Assembly (NCBI GenBank): GCA_951406725.2
Contig: OX597819.1
Coordinates: forward strand, 116,870,001 to 116,934,000
Direction of reading: 5' to 3'
DNA from: Octopus vulgaris
Lineage: Eukaryota
Length of the DNA: 64,000 nt
Shown: in pieces, positions 25,611 to 38,420 of the stretch
Position numbering within the stretch: the first letter of the stretch is position 1
How the letters are laid out: the number at the start of each line of letters is the position of its first letter
Notes under the pieces: generated by a model
What the model was told of the DNA's origin: nothing
The model's database searches: none
What the model saw: the letters and a program-made list of their open reading frames with translations, nothing else
Translations under genes and position numbers: made by a program

Positions 25611-26185
25611 GTGTGTATGTATGTACGTATTCATATATATATGTATGTATGTATATATGTATGTGTGTGTATAAGCACGCACATACACTCTATAAAACAT
25701 AAAGTTATAAACCTGTAGCGATGGATGGATGTAGAGTGACCACTCATCACAACGCTATCAAATTTCAAATTTCAAGTTGAAATTTGATAGCGTTGTGATG
25801 AGTGGTCACTCTACATCCATCCATCGCTACAGGTTTATAACTTTATGTTTTATAGAGTGTATGTGCGTGCTTATACACACACATACATATATACATACAT
25901 ACATACATACATACATACATGCATACACAGGCGTATGTGCGGACATGAATACGTACATACATACACACATGTATGCATACATACACACATACATACGTAC
26001 ATACATATATATGACGAACTAACTGTTACTTTCTTAGATGCAGCACGGACTTTGTCAGTGAACAGGTCGCGGATTTTAGCGACGAAAATATTTTGACAAA
26101 TTAAACTTAAATGTTGGAGTGAATCGAACGGCTTTTTTGTGTGTTTCTTAAATGGCTTATAAACACCTCCCACGCTGCAATTGTA
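25485..26185. repeat. Large fold-back palindrome of a PLE-tail-like repeat, centred at 25769-25776
   Basis: ~25630-25768 is the reverse complement of 25777-~25900, and 25518-25580 is the reverse complement of 26027-26090. Confidence 0.9.
26051..26100 (+). ncRNA. Minimal hammerhead with G3-C8 core variant
   Basis: tttgtca-GTGAACA-g-gtcgc(ggatttta)gcgac-GAAAA-ta-TTT-tgacaaa: perfect 7-bp stem I, 5-bp stem II and palindromic aaaatatttt. Confidence 0.7.
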
Positions 26186-26197
26186 TATATATATATT

Positions 26198-26232
<35 letters not shown>

Positions 26233-26396
26233 ATATATATATAAAATTTTAAAAAAACACCTTTTATCAATCCAAAATGAAAAATTAAATTACACAATCT
26301 AGAAAATTACATATAATAGAAATATTAAAATTAAAATAACAATAAAATACCGATGATTAAGTAAATTGCAAAAAAATAATAAAAGCATATTTAATG

Positions 26397-26450
<54 letters not shown>

Positions 26451-26777
26451 ATATATATATATATATATATACCCATTCACCAACAACTATCACTCAGCAC
26501 ATACATTTCTAACATGCATAACATATAGAATTTAGAAACATATATAGTTTTAAATCTTCGTCACCACTATTTACTTGAAGTAACCTATAATTATTTTCAA
26601 CACCGGTTAAGACGCTACTGTCCCCTTTCAAGGTTTCCTATCCTCTACAATCTCTACGTCTTTTACTGTTCCTACTTGTATCCCTTTCCCTGTAACCCAA
26701 ACGCTCTAAAATCATTAATTAGGTCGCCCCGTAACATACATCATTGACATTCACCTCTTTTCATTCCAGACATTTGT

Positions 26778-27035
26778 CTTCTTCTTCTTCTTCTTCTTCT
26801 TCTTCTTCTTCTTCTTCTTCTTCTCCTCCTCCTCCTTATTTTTCTTCTTCTTCTCCTCCTCCTTCTTCTTCTCCTTCTCCTTCTCCCTCTCCTTCTCCCT
26901 CTTCTCCTTCTCTTCCTTCTCCTCCTCCACCTTCTTCGTCTCCTTCTCCTTCTTCTTCTTCTCCTTCTCCTCCTCCCTCTTCTTCTTATCCTCCTCCTCT
27001 TCCTCCTTCTTCTTCTTCCTCCTCCTCCTCTTCTC
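26778..27035. repeat. (TTC/TCC)n polypyrimidine tract
   Basis: Read directly; source of the poly-S/P and poly-K/E ORFs. Confidence 0.95.
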
Positions 27036-27044
27036 TAATCGCAT

Positions 27045-27332
27045 TTGCGGATCCCTGGAAAACGAACGTCCACCAAATATTCTGTATGTCTGTCCACACC
27101 TTTCAATGCAAAGTATGCCAGGTCTGCAAACGTAATGGAGGCCTAAAATAAAATTTTAAGATCCACAAAGGTCAGAACATATTTGCAACTCTTATTGGTC
27201 CGAACCGGATATGCAATATATGTAGGTGTATTTTCAAAATATTGTCTGGTTTAAAAAACCACATCAGATGCCATGATGCTTCTTAGGGTTAGTTACAGGA
27301 GGTGACTAAACTCTGCCGAAGGAGTAAACAAT

Positions 27333-27337
<5 letters not shown>
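27045..27337 (+). mobile_element. Probable RTE-like LINE 3' end with degenerate C2H2 zinc fingers
   Basis: FQCKVCQVCKRNGGLK..FKIH and ICNICRCIFKILSGLKNHIRCH, then a short UTR ending at (TA)n. A host ZNF fragment is not excluded. Confidence 0.55.
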
Positions 27338-27376
<39 letters not shown>

Positions 27377-27379
27377 TTA

Positions 27380-27765
27380 GATAAACTTAGATATGTTTCG
27401 ACCAAAGATTGTTCCAGGCCATGTCTAACTTAAGAGCACCACCTGATAGGATTATCTGAATCCTGTTTAAGTCAAGTTTTGTTTATGGTCCATTCAAGTA
27501 GTGAGTTTTTGTTGGGTGAGTTGTATCCAATTATGGGTGGCTTATCTGGTATTCCTCGAAGGAATCTATCCAGACTCCGTTTAAAGTTGATGGGATCCTT
27601 TTTCTCTTTGATCTCTTTCGGGACAATGTTAAATAGGGCATGGCCTGTTGAGGAAAAGAAATTATGTTGCAGTGTACATGTATGCTGTGATCTTGAATTG
27701 GACAGGGGACGTGTGGCCCGTGGTCCCAGTCTTGGATGAACCTTGAAGCTAATGTTCAAACTTGA
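27380..27765 (-). mobile_element. CR1-like LINE 3' end
   Basis: ORF 27472-27759 (HPRLGPR...LFNIVPKEIK...FKRSLDRFLRGIPDKP...NSLLEW) matches the CR1-group ORF2 C-terminus. Confidence 0.8.
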
Positions 27766-27767
27766 AG

Positions 27768-27820
<53 letters not shown>

Positions 27821-27947
27821 CAATACAACTGCAAAAACATCACACGAAAAAATTGCAGCTTATTAGTAATGCATAATATTCAATCTCCTGTATTCGACTG
27901 TTTTCCAACTTGTTCCACAAATATGTGCTTCCGCTAGTAAACATACA

Positions 27948-28004
<57 letters not shown>

Positions 28005-28601
28005 CATATGTATGTATATATGTATATATATATATACGTGTGTATGTATGTATGAATATATGCATAGTGCGAAACTCATTGCATATCACTATCATGTTTT
28101 TTTCTGAATATATCAATGATATGATTTTGAAAATGTGTTGGAATGTTGTAATATTGTCATTATACGAATCCATGTAAAATCATGTAGAAGCCATTCGCGA
28201 ACCGAGAAATGCTTTTATAAATGGAGAACAAACTTGCTCAATTTGCTTTTAATCTGACACAGATGCATCCAAGAATCTTGATATCCTAGTCCTTAACAAA
28301 TAAACGTGAACCATACCCAATTTGGGGAGTTGGAATTTATACCTCTCTTGAATGAATGTACCGGACAATTGGCTGACATATATGACGAAAATATAAAGAG
28401 AAATAGAACAAAATAAACATGAAAATTCATAATGTACTGATCTCCAAAACATCGGTATATACATGATATAATTTAAGCTATATTCCATCGCACAACTCCT
28501 AGCCCATGAAATAATTGCCATTTTCGAAATAGATGCCAAATAGATATACAATAAGCATTATTAAATCTCAGAATGAGATTGAAACAGTTATCGCTCGATA
28601 A

Positions 28602-28960
28602 TGTAAAGTATAGAAGCCATCTTAACATGGCTAACCACATAGGGGGGGGTGTTACTGTAGCTTTATAGCTCCAAGAGATCGTCGTCTCCAGCTGGCTTTA
28701 GACACCATTTCACTCCCCTTGAAGTATTTGCAAAGGGAGGCCATCCCTTCCTCGCAAGCCTGAGTGATACGCTCGGACTAGTTTCGGGATTTTTGTCCCT
28801 TGTCAACGGGCGGTAACCACCAGGTCTTGCAAATACTTCAAGGGCACTGAAATGGTGTCTAAAGCCAGCTGGAGACGACGATCTCTTGGGGCTATAAAGC
28901 TACAGTAACACCCCCTCCCCTATGTGGTTAGCCATGTTAAGATGGCTTCTATACTTTACA
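28602..28960 (-). mobile_element. Palindromic hammerhead-bearing insertion with ~132-bp inverted arms
   Basis: 28602-28733 is the reverse complement of 28827-28960; the spacer carries a hammerhead. No TSD. Confidence 0.9.
28770..28812 (-). ncRNA. Minimal type I hammerhead with U3-A8 core variant
   Basis: Minus strand cgcccg-TTGACAA-ggga(caaaaa)tccc-GAAAC-ta-GTC-cgagcg. Stem I has one mismatch and is extended by gcaagacctgg.../...caggcttgc. Confidence 0.75.
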
Positions 28961-29619
28961 GATGTACAATAGTTATCTAAGAAACGACACACAGTTTCAA
29001 GAAATAGTCAGTGGCAGTAAATACAAAATTTGTTTCTAACAAATACATACATATCACTTTATATTTACGCAGAATCAGTTAAACCTCTAATAATCATAGT
29101 TGACATATACAGTCAACAAGGCCATTCGACCGATTGACAAGTACTGTCACTTACATGCACGCATGCATTCTCTCTCCTAGATTTCTTTGTCAGAAATGCT
29201 TCAATATTTAAGAGTTAGCTGGATATCTGCACTTTCTACTACGTATCTATCTTCGTTTTATTATTTATATCGCATCAATTTCGAGGACTCACAGTAACAA
29301 GTGCAAGTTCTTTCCCATCAAATATTTATTCCTCTGTTATTTCCGAACTATATATTTTTGCCATCTGGTTTTATATTCAACTGTTGAAGCCAAACATTAA
29401 GTACATCAATCATACAATACCCAGAGGTATTGCAATGTATAAGGACACAATAACTTCGGCATGCTAACGAACAATGAATTCTTGTAGTACACTTATACAT
29501 ACATATATACAGCTATTTATACATTCACACATATAAATGCATACAAAACATATACTGAACAAAAGCATCACCAGAAAACACTGTACGCCCGAAATTTTCT
29601 TTGTATTCATATACAAGTG

Positions 29620-29930
29620 GAGGCACAATGCCCCAGTGGTTTGGGCAGCGGACTCGCAGTCGGAGGATCGCGGTTTCGATTCCCAGACAGGGGGGTGAAT
29701 GTGTTTATTGAGCTAAAACACCTAAAGGTCTACGAGGCTCCGGCAGGGGGTGGTTGCGACCCCTAATGTACTCTGTCGTCACAACGTTCTATCACTCTTC
29801 TTGTTTCTTGTGTATAACGCTGCGGTGGACTGGCGTCCCTTCCAGCTGGGGGGAACACATACGCCATAGAAACCGGTAAACCGGGCCCATGAACCTGGCT
29901 AGGCTTGAAAAGGGCGCATAAATAAATAAA
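29620..29930 (+). mobile_element. SINE S4
   Basis: Homologous to 12470-12775, with an A-rich tail. Confidence 0.85.
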
Positions 29931-30019
29931 AATTAATTAAATTTATATACAACAGTAAACCTAAAATCTTTGTAATATAGAATATTGTTTTTCATAGAGT
30001 AGAAAGAATAGTGTTTAGT

Positions 30020-32260
30020 TGATGCTGAGAACACGTCATGAAATGTGTTGTCGCATGATTTGCTTTTCCGAGGAGCAGACACTGACGTTGAAAACGAGAC
30101 GTCTGATCTTGGTTTGTGATAGCTTCATTAGCCATACAAGAATAAAATCCCTTCTGTATAAAGATGGCTAGAAGAACTGCGTATCTCTCCCACCCCTAAT
30201 TCATCCTGGTTATATAATCTTATCAACTTTTCATTACGCATTGAATCTTCGGCTCATTCTTCCTACTCCCCTCAATTTTTCAGCTTCTTCGTGCTTTGTT
30301 CATCTCTCCCCTCACAACTCCGATGCATAAGACTTTTTCGGCCTTGACAGTCCGCTCCTACAGTTCAATCTATTAAAAATATCTTCACATAATCGAATTT
30401 ATTGTATACCTTAAACAACGGAAAAATATTGAAACATGACTAGAAATCAAAACGATTTTCGATTGCCTGGAAATCTATGATATAGTGGATATCACTTCTA
30501 TGTCTACCAAAGAACTTTAAAATTACCACCAAATTACTTTAAAATTTTAGAAGAGATCCTTACACTACAGGTAACAAGTGATATGGTTACACTTCTCATA
30601 AATATATGTGAATTGCTTTTGTACTGGGATACATTAAGAGTTATGTGGCAGACTTCATTACTGAGTCAATATAAGCTCTGTTTCGAAATGCTACATGTAT
30701 ATAACTAACAACAGTTACGGATAGTTCAGAAAATTGGAATTCTAGTCTATTGGACATGAAAAACTTTTATCTTAGAACACTATTAATAAAATTCTGTTAG
30801 TAATGTCGTGCATTATTAGCATATTCAAAGTTGTATCATTTACATACATTATAAAACGGTATGCTTTAAATCTACTTTGAGTTTTATCTGTAATGTTCCA
30901 GTCTTAACTGTATAGGAGGATGTTTATTCAACATAAAAAGAAATATAATATTTATATTACATTAAAATATATCTTGTATATTTATATATAAAAAAAAAAG
31001 CAGGTAAAAGTGAATGTAATATTACTAGGAGAAGTAATTAGCTGATTTTTAGCTAAGTAAACCTATTAAGTACTGAATTGTATATGCATGAGTGTATAGA
31101 CAGAGTGATACTGATGTATTAAATTTGTCTAGAACTCTGTCCATATGATAATTAGATAGATATATTTTCAAATATATTTGCAAAAAAGATCAAAAAGCTC
31201 ATGTATACATAAATCGGAAGTAAATTACAAAAAAAAAGTATATTAGTTTATGATTAATATTTTAGCTGTCTGCAAGTTGGTGAGAAAAATATAAACATGT
31301 TTTACTTTTAACCGAGTGCGTATAAGCGGGAGGATACATAGCATGGCGTTCACTTTACTCATTCTTTGTTATTCAGATTTCTTGCACATTAAATTTTTTA
31401 TTCTATTTAGTTAACTAATATTAAAAAAAAATAAACTTATATATATCAAGTGGTGGATTTCCTGCTTGTATATGAACAGAATGATAGCAATGATCTCTTA
31501 ATGATTTCAGTTCGGAAGATATTTTATAATATTCGAATAATTAACATACCTTCCCTACATGGATATGTTATGTACACATGGAATTTGATGTACTAAAGTC
31601 TACCTAAGCATAAGAATCAGCTAAAATCTTTTATGAGTAAGAACGTAATGAAAATAGTAAATTTTTAAGTGACAAAGTTTGATCTCCACTTGATTATTCC
31701 ACCCATGTCACAATCGAAGTCACAGAAAACTAATATTTCTAGTCCTCAGTAGAGCACTCTGTTGAAGAGAGAGTTATAAGGAAATATTTTTAGATGCAAA
31801 GGGATGAGATTCGGGAATTGACAGGCAACAATCCTCATAAAATACAAAAAATATTAAGGAAAATTCATTGCCATGACATATGCAATAAGTAAATTATTTA
31901 TTAATGAATTATATTTTCAATGGACAATGATAAGGATTTTGTTCAAACATTAGGCTGCACGGCTATGAAGGAAATTTAATCTAACTGCAAGTTCTTCATA
32001 GTATTATTTTAAAAAAAATTATGTAAAATTATGTAAAATTTCTGAAAGTTTTCAGAGCTATTACTCTTGATATTATAAGGGTTGCAATCTTATGAAATAA
32101 TCTCCAAACCTGTATTGTTTAAACACTAGAAGAGAGGAACTACTAACTGATTTAACTGAGAAGAAAAGTGAAACAGGTTAGAGTTATGATATTCATGGTG
32201 TCTGTAAAAGATGTTAGCTTACGATGATATCATTAGATGGTCCCTACTTGTTAGTAAATG
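30020..32260 (+). pseudogene. Possible heavily decayed ankyrin...Death/TIR-like gene
   Basis: Frameshifted AEN.HEMCCRM-LLFRGADTDVEN (ankyrin-like, ~30023-30095); IQKILRKIHCHDICNK (Death-domain C-terminus-like); DKDFVQTLG...EI*SNCKFFIVLF..NY (TIR-like, ~31920-32030). Confidence 0.35.
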
Positions 32261-32457
32261 GCAAAAGTCTGAAAAATAATTTCTAACATATGCATATGAA
32301 ATAATATTACATAAATAAAAGTAGAAAGATGAGAGTCAGCACTGTACTTGTCGTGATTTGAACTCAGAACGTAATTAGACAGAGCAAATAATGTATGGCA
32401 TGTACTCAAATGCTGTAGTGATTCTCTCTGTTCTTAGCCTGTATTAGAAAAATATGA

Positions 32458-32682
32458 GGGGGCGACCTGAGAGAAACGTTAGCACGCCGGGCGACATGCC
32501 TAGCGGTATTTCGTCTGCCGTTATGTTCTGGGCTCAAATTCCGCCGAGGTCGACTTTGCCTTTCATCATTTCGGGGTCGATTAAATAAGTACCAGTTACG
32601 CACTGGGGTCGATGTAATCCCCTTGTTTGTCCTTGTTTGTCCCCTCTATGTTTATCCACTTGGGGTTGATAAAGAAATATAT
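32458..32682 (+). mobile_element. SINE S5
   Basis: aaacgttagcacgccgggcg...caaattccgccgaggtcgactttgcc, as in the other S5 copies. Confidence 0.85.
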
Positions 32683-34009
32683 TAGACAAATCAACGCTAG
32701 CAATTGGCTGATACTTTTTTTTAATCCATGGCGAAATTATGAAAAGCGAAATATGAACTGTTACCTGATGATGCAGAGACTTGGGATCATAACGCAAAGC
32801 ATTGTATCCCACAATATTTGAGACTACACACTATTTTGTGGATTGTTCCAGGAGCTTTTAAATGGAAAAATTCAATTTGGCCACTTTAATATCATTGATT
32901 GATAATCAATTTGCCTCTTGGCTCCTTGAGCAGTTACGTAATTGTAAATGCGCTGTTAAAGTTCATACGTTTAATACTGTGTTTAGTGACCGACGTGGTA
33001 TGGAAATATTCTTACGCTAATCAATCATAACGAACACTAATGAATTCATAAACTTCGGTAACATTTCCTTAGTTATATTAGCAGGCATCATAGTGTGAGT
33101 TGATGAAAATGAAATTACCAATCAGCTTAAATCAATGGTAATACAATTGCAACATGTATCTCAGCGCATATAATTTAGCATGATTCTGCTAAAATATTGC
33201 TGCAATTCTGAAACGAAGGCCTTGTCAACGTTTTCAAATTTTGATTTATATTCATACATGCATGAGTGAGAGAATAACTTTGTAGGTAGAAGAAAACATC
33301 TTGTTTAGTTTGGAGTTTGTACTTGTCGTTGCAGAAGTTAAGATGTGTTACCCACTTCCGATATCATTGACTATACGTAAGTAATATGCCACCATTGACA
33401 GCAGCTATGCCGCTATCGATATATAAAGGTTGTGTAGTGATGATTTCAGAAATTTTCTCAAATTTCATTAAAGATAGCATTTCTATAATGTACACAAATA
33501 TTAGCATACGCAGATGGTTGGCCTAATTGGTGACAATTTCCTTTGTTAGGGTCAAATTGAGCCAGAATATATAGGAAATTTAATACCGAAATGATAGGCC
33601 ACATTTCTGCTGTGGTTAAGGAAGTGAAATATGTATATATGATCCCAAAGACAAAGTTTTACTTCAATAACAATAGCAAGGGTTTAAATCAGTATTGGCT
33701 TAACTGAATGGACTGTTCTGGATCATCGGCACATAAAACATCTGTGGTGTGTAAATAGCTCGAATAATGGGGGGGGGCACAAATAATAATATGTTTATGG
33801 GCGTGCATCCTTATATACATGAACATATGCGTGTGTGTGTGTTTGTGTGTGTGTGTGTGCGTGTGCGTGTGTGTAGACATACATAACCAATAAAGAAAAT
33901 GTAGTTAGTGTCTTCCTAAGATTATAATGTGTACTCTACTTAGGAGTATTGAGTAATCCGACTCATAGAATCCTTCAGCAGTAAGGATTTAAATAATGAA
34001 TCAATGGTT

Positions 34010-34720
34010 AGAAGTAAATTCCACTTCACCCCTACACGGGAAAGGACAAATATTTAGATGCGTATATAGACACCATTTCAAAGTTCCCCCTACATATCCA
34101 CAGATGCAAACGAAACCTTCGCGAAGTCTTACAAACATTGAAGAATGACAACTCAATCATCTTAAAAGAAGCCGATAAGGGAGGGGCGATGGTAATCATG
34201 GACAAGGGCTATTATAAAGATAAAATATTGGAAATGTTAACAATCCAAACCAACTGCAACCAAGACACTCAGAAAAAACAATAATGAATTGAATCAGAAG
34301 ACTAATCAATGAATTCCAAGATTCCTTTACAGACAAGGAGAAATATATATGCAACTCTTTAATCAAAGAGAGCAATTTATATGGATTACCCCAAATCCAC
34401 AAAAGCTCCGAAATGCAAAGAGCCATAAATAAGCAGAAGAACCTGTACGTAAAAATACTAAAACCTGCTGACCTCGAAGTAAGACTAATAGTTCCTGGAC
34501 CTCAAGCACCAACACAACATCTAAGTCATCTCTTTAGTTACACCCCTAAAAGATTTGTGTCCTTTAATACCCAGTTATGTACGGGATGGCAAAGATTTTA
34601 TCAAACACATCACTACCAATTTCGCAGAAGGTACTATACTTACAGGTTTTGATGTCACCAATCTCTATACTAATATACCTCACTCTTTATATGAGCATCT
34701 ATGGATAACAGGTGAAGTTC
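34010..34720 (+). mobile_element. Penelope-like RT N-terminal fragment, frameshifted
   Basis: IILKEADKGGAMVIMDK, LYGLPQIHK, RLIVPGPQAPT, IPSYVRD and FDVTNLYTNIPH are PLE RT motifs. Confidence 0.9.
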
Positions 34721-35047
34721 CCCCATCAATTCTATTCTAATACTACTGGAATGAGACATACAAATTATGTCTTAAGTAAAGTTCACTATTTTCCTACATG
34801 TGTTTATGACTGAGTATTGTGTGTGTGTGCGCATGTATATATATGCATAAACACACACACACACACACATATATATATTTATATATATATATTATATATA
34901 TATATACATATATAATATATATAATATATATATATATATATATAATCAATCAATATAGGGTGGCAAAAAAAATTTTGTAGAATTCTTTTACCACCAGCGG
35001 CCTAGTAGGAAAAAATTAAATAGTCATAGACCATTTTTAAGTTCAAC

Positions 35048-35265
35048 ATCAAACAATCAAGGAACGGCTATAATAGGCCATTCACCCACTAGAAATAACA
35101 GCCAAAGCTTCAACCGCAAATAAAAGTTAATTCTGTAAACCAGGAGAAGGGTAAATGTTTTTTAAATTTTCTCCTGGTTTACAGAATTAACTTTTATTTG
35201 CGGTTGAAGCTTTGGCTGTTATTTCTAGTGGGTGAATGGCCTATTATGGCCGTTCCTTGATTGTT

Positions 35266-35269
<4 letters not shown>
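35048..35269. repeat. Inverted repeat with ~100-bp arms and a 20-bp spacer
   Basis: 35048-35148 is the reverse complement of 35169-35269; flanked by (TA)n. Confidence 0.95.
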
Positions 35270-35346
<77 letters not shown>

Positions 35347-35440
35347 ATCCAAACAAGAAAGCACAAAAAATCACGACAACGCGAGGACGTGGAACATATA
35401 TAGTATTATTGGACGCTCAGGAAAGAAGGAAAGAAGGAGG

Positions 35441-35475
35441 ATTTAACGTTTCGAGCGGAGCTCTTCGTCGGAAAC
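35441..35475 (-). ncRNA. Minimal hammerhead (CCGACGA core) in a PLE-tail-like repeat (35340-35530)
   Basis: Minus strand gttt-CCGACGA-a-gagc(tcc)gctc-GAAAC-GTT-aaat. Confidence 0.65.
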
Positions 35476-36353
35476 ATAGTAGAAGGAAAGATCCAGAGAA
35501 GGGAAGACAGAGAAAAAAAAATCGCCAACTGTTGCAATTTATAGAAAACAAAAGTCGACGACAAGCAAGCGTATAGTTTAACGCTCAGGAAGAATGGAAA
35601 AGTCTTCGACGTTTTGAGCCTGTGTTCTTCCCTATAAAGAATTGCGAGTAAAAAATTAACGGAGAGAAAAAGTGTTTTGGGCTTAACAGTTCAAAATGAT
35701 GAAATGGCTGGAAGAAAAATGCTGCATGAAAGGGAAATACTAAAGCGTGAATGGGCGATAATAGCGCGTGAATATATGTGACAGTGGTTTGTATGTGTGA
35801 ATGGAGAGAGTGAATATCTATGTGTGGGCGAATCTGTATGCGTGTGAGTAGCTTATGTGTGCGTACATATTATGGAGTGTTGTGCGTTTCATGTATTGGT
35901 GTGTATGTATATGTGCATATAGACATGTATACGTGTGTGTGTGTATGAAGGGGTTATCGTGTGTATGTGCAAAACATGGACCTGCGTGTGTATAGGAGCA
36001 TGAGTGTGTGTGTACAAGTAATTTAGTGTGTTGTGGGGTATGATATGCGTTTCGTGTATCTGTGTGTGTATGTGTGTATGTGTGTAGATATCGACCTGTA
36101 TATATGTATGATGCTATCGTGTGTGTGTGTGTCTATGCATCCGTGTTTCCGTTTAGCAGCGGATGTGTGCCTGTTCGGGTGGTGTGAGGTATATTAGTAT
36201 AGAGATTGGTGTGTGCAAGTGTGTATATGCGTGTGTAACCCTATGGTGAGAATGCGTATTGTGCATGTTTCGGTGAGAAATTTGTATGTCTTTATTATGC
36301 GCGCTGCGTGTGTGGGTGTATATTGTCTGTGTTCGGGCGTTTTGTGACACGCA

Positions 36354-36402
<49 letters not shown>

Positions 36403-36882
36403 GAGTTTATTCCCGCGTTGTATATTTAGTTCCTGATTTATCGGGATGAAGTCCATCACGTACGTATATTGTTAACTTGCTAACTGTTTGTACGCTAGCC
36501 ACAATGATTACAATGTTTACATATATCGCATCAATATGATTTCATTTAATACTTTTGTCTGATTGTATTTGAACATTGGTTACTAATTAAAGACGGAACA
36601 GCGCGAAGACTGTATAACGCTTTGTTGTTCTTTCGTGTCTAATTGATCAAACATATAACTGATATGAAACCCGGATAACAGAAGGCAAAACAAACGATAC
36701 TGTGAAAGATTGAGCTATTGTGGGAACCGATATTAGTGAAAGTAAAAGTAAATTAGAAACAGAATCAAATGAATAGAATATAGCACGAGTGCGTGTGTTT
36801 GTGAGTGTATGAAAAGTATTTCAAGAAATATTTAAGGAAAAGAAAATTAATGTTTGATACTGTGGAATTTTAACAGGTTTCA

Positions 36883-36937
<55 letters not shown>

Positions 36938-37073
36938 TTATTGTGATTCTAGGTGGCATTCAAAATATACGTAAACGACTTTGAATTAAATGTTATGACA
37001 CAGAAAACAATTGTCACCAATTCAATATTTTCAAAATTATTCTGCATGGAAAGAGATGATGCATTTTAAAAAC

Positions 37074-37146
<73 letters not shown>

Positions 37147-37199
37147 CCACCCACTCTCACTACCCACATATATCGTCAACATGTTTGAAAATGTGGTCA

Positions 37200-38420
37200 T
37201 CAAGAACCAAGGAAACGGACGTCCAGAAGAACCACTATCTTCTAAATTTGAACAAGCATGTCTTCTGCTACGTCAAGGAATGTCTAACACGCCATCCCAT
37301 CGATGATGTCCTTAAAGCTTTGGGATTAAATGTAAACTCCGATATCATGACTTCAACAAACCCTTCAAGAGAGTCTACAAATATATCCTCCTATTAAAAT
37401 TGTTCAATAAGGGAATACATGGTAAACTGCTACACTGGTTTAACTATATCCTGGTGAATAGAACATAAAATGTTGCGATCTGTGGCGTCAACGCAAGTCC
37501 AGTTAGTCTACCAGTGGTGTACCCTGTGGATCTGTTTCTGACCCTCTTCGCTTTATAGACTATCTATTCGTGCTCATAAAGAACATTTTTTCGCAGATGG
37601 CTCTATGCTCCAGAGATTTTTTTAACGGAAAAGAATACCGAACTAAGCTCCTATATAATTGTAAACGAGTGGGCGATCAAAAACCCATTTGTTGTTAAAT
37701 TACGGAAACCTTGAACTCATGAATTTTGAAAAAAGAATGCTTTCAAATAAACATATTCTCTTCTTAAGGTCGAAACGGCTCACTGAGCGAGCTCTGGATC
37801 TTCACAACTTTCTGGTCCAAAGACGACGAATAAGTTGTCTTCATTCTCATTTCTCCACCTTTGTATTGTCACACCCAGAATACTACTTCTCCTCGTGGTC
37901 CTCCATACTAATCAAACATGACGAAAATTGAGTCACCTCAGAGAGCAGTCACTAAAGAATAAAAGACATGGCTCATCTTCATTATGCAATACACTTAAAA
38001 TATTAAAGCTTTATTCTCTCCAGCGGCTGCTACGAGGGCTACAGCATGTGCACAATGTGGCGAAAGTACCACCAGCATTGCCCAAATGACGTTAACATCA
38101 CATTTAGAATTCATACAGGGCTGGGGCCACATGCCATATACCCCTTATATCATCCAGGCTTACACCACGTAAATTCACTGCAACACGCCTCCTTTACCTC
38201 AAAAGGGTATGTTGTGCTTTTCATTATCCGAAGACAAATCAAAGACGAAAGAAGACTAATTTCTTCAAGAACACCAGAGAGGCCACATACGTGGAAATAG
38301 TACCTGGTATGAATGGTTGTTGGCGAAACAAAACGACTTAAATATGGTTTAACAGATCTTATCAGGAGATCACCTCAAATTAGTCAAGGCTTAGGCCAAT
38401 CTTTGTCCGAAAAGCATCTC
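37200..38420 (+). mobile_element. Degenerate CR1-like LINE (RT to 3' end)
   Basis: Eroded remnants (GI.GKL, SGVP.GSV..P, FADGS), and a 3' part HCPNDVNITFRIHTGLGP homologous to 27380-27765. Confidence 0.75.

Larger units (their letters stand above)
28200..29130 (-). pseudogene. Decayed class A (amine-receptor-like) GPCR, interrupted by the insertion at 28602-28960
   Basis: TM1-like ALLTVYVN, TM2-like TNFVFTATDYFLKLCVV, ECL1 R*LF, and TM3 LASISKMAIISWARSCAMEYSLNY (compare ASI..L..IS.DRY.AI..PL.Y). The frame is restored exactly when the insertion is removed. Confidence 0.55.

Noticed and set aside
26744-27151. Ser/Pro-rich (+) and Lys/Glu-rich (-) ORFs
   Set aside because: They come from the (TTC/TCC)n tract; only the final zinc-finger-like codons belong to the adjacent element.
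30053-30106. ATGATT...CTGA as a possible C/D box snoRNA
   Set aside because: Poor C box, no terminal stem and no recognisable rRNA guide; the ankyrin-like reading explains it better.
33334-33381. 42-bp AG...GTAAGT candidate exon on the + strand
   Set aside because: The peptide is unrecognised and such signals are expected by chance in 64 kb.
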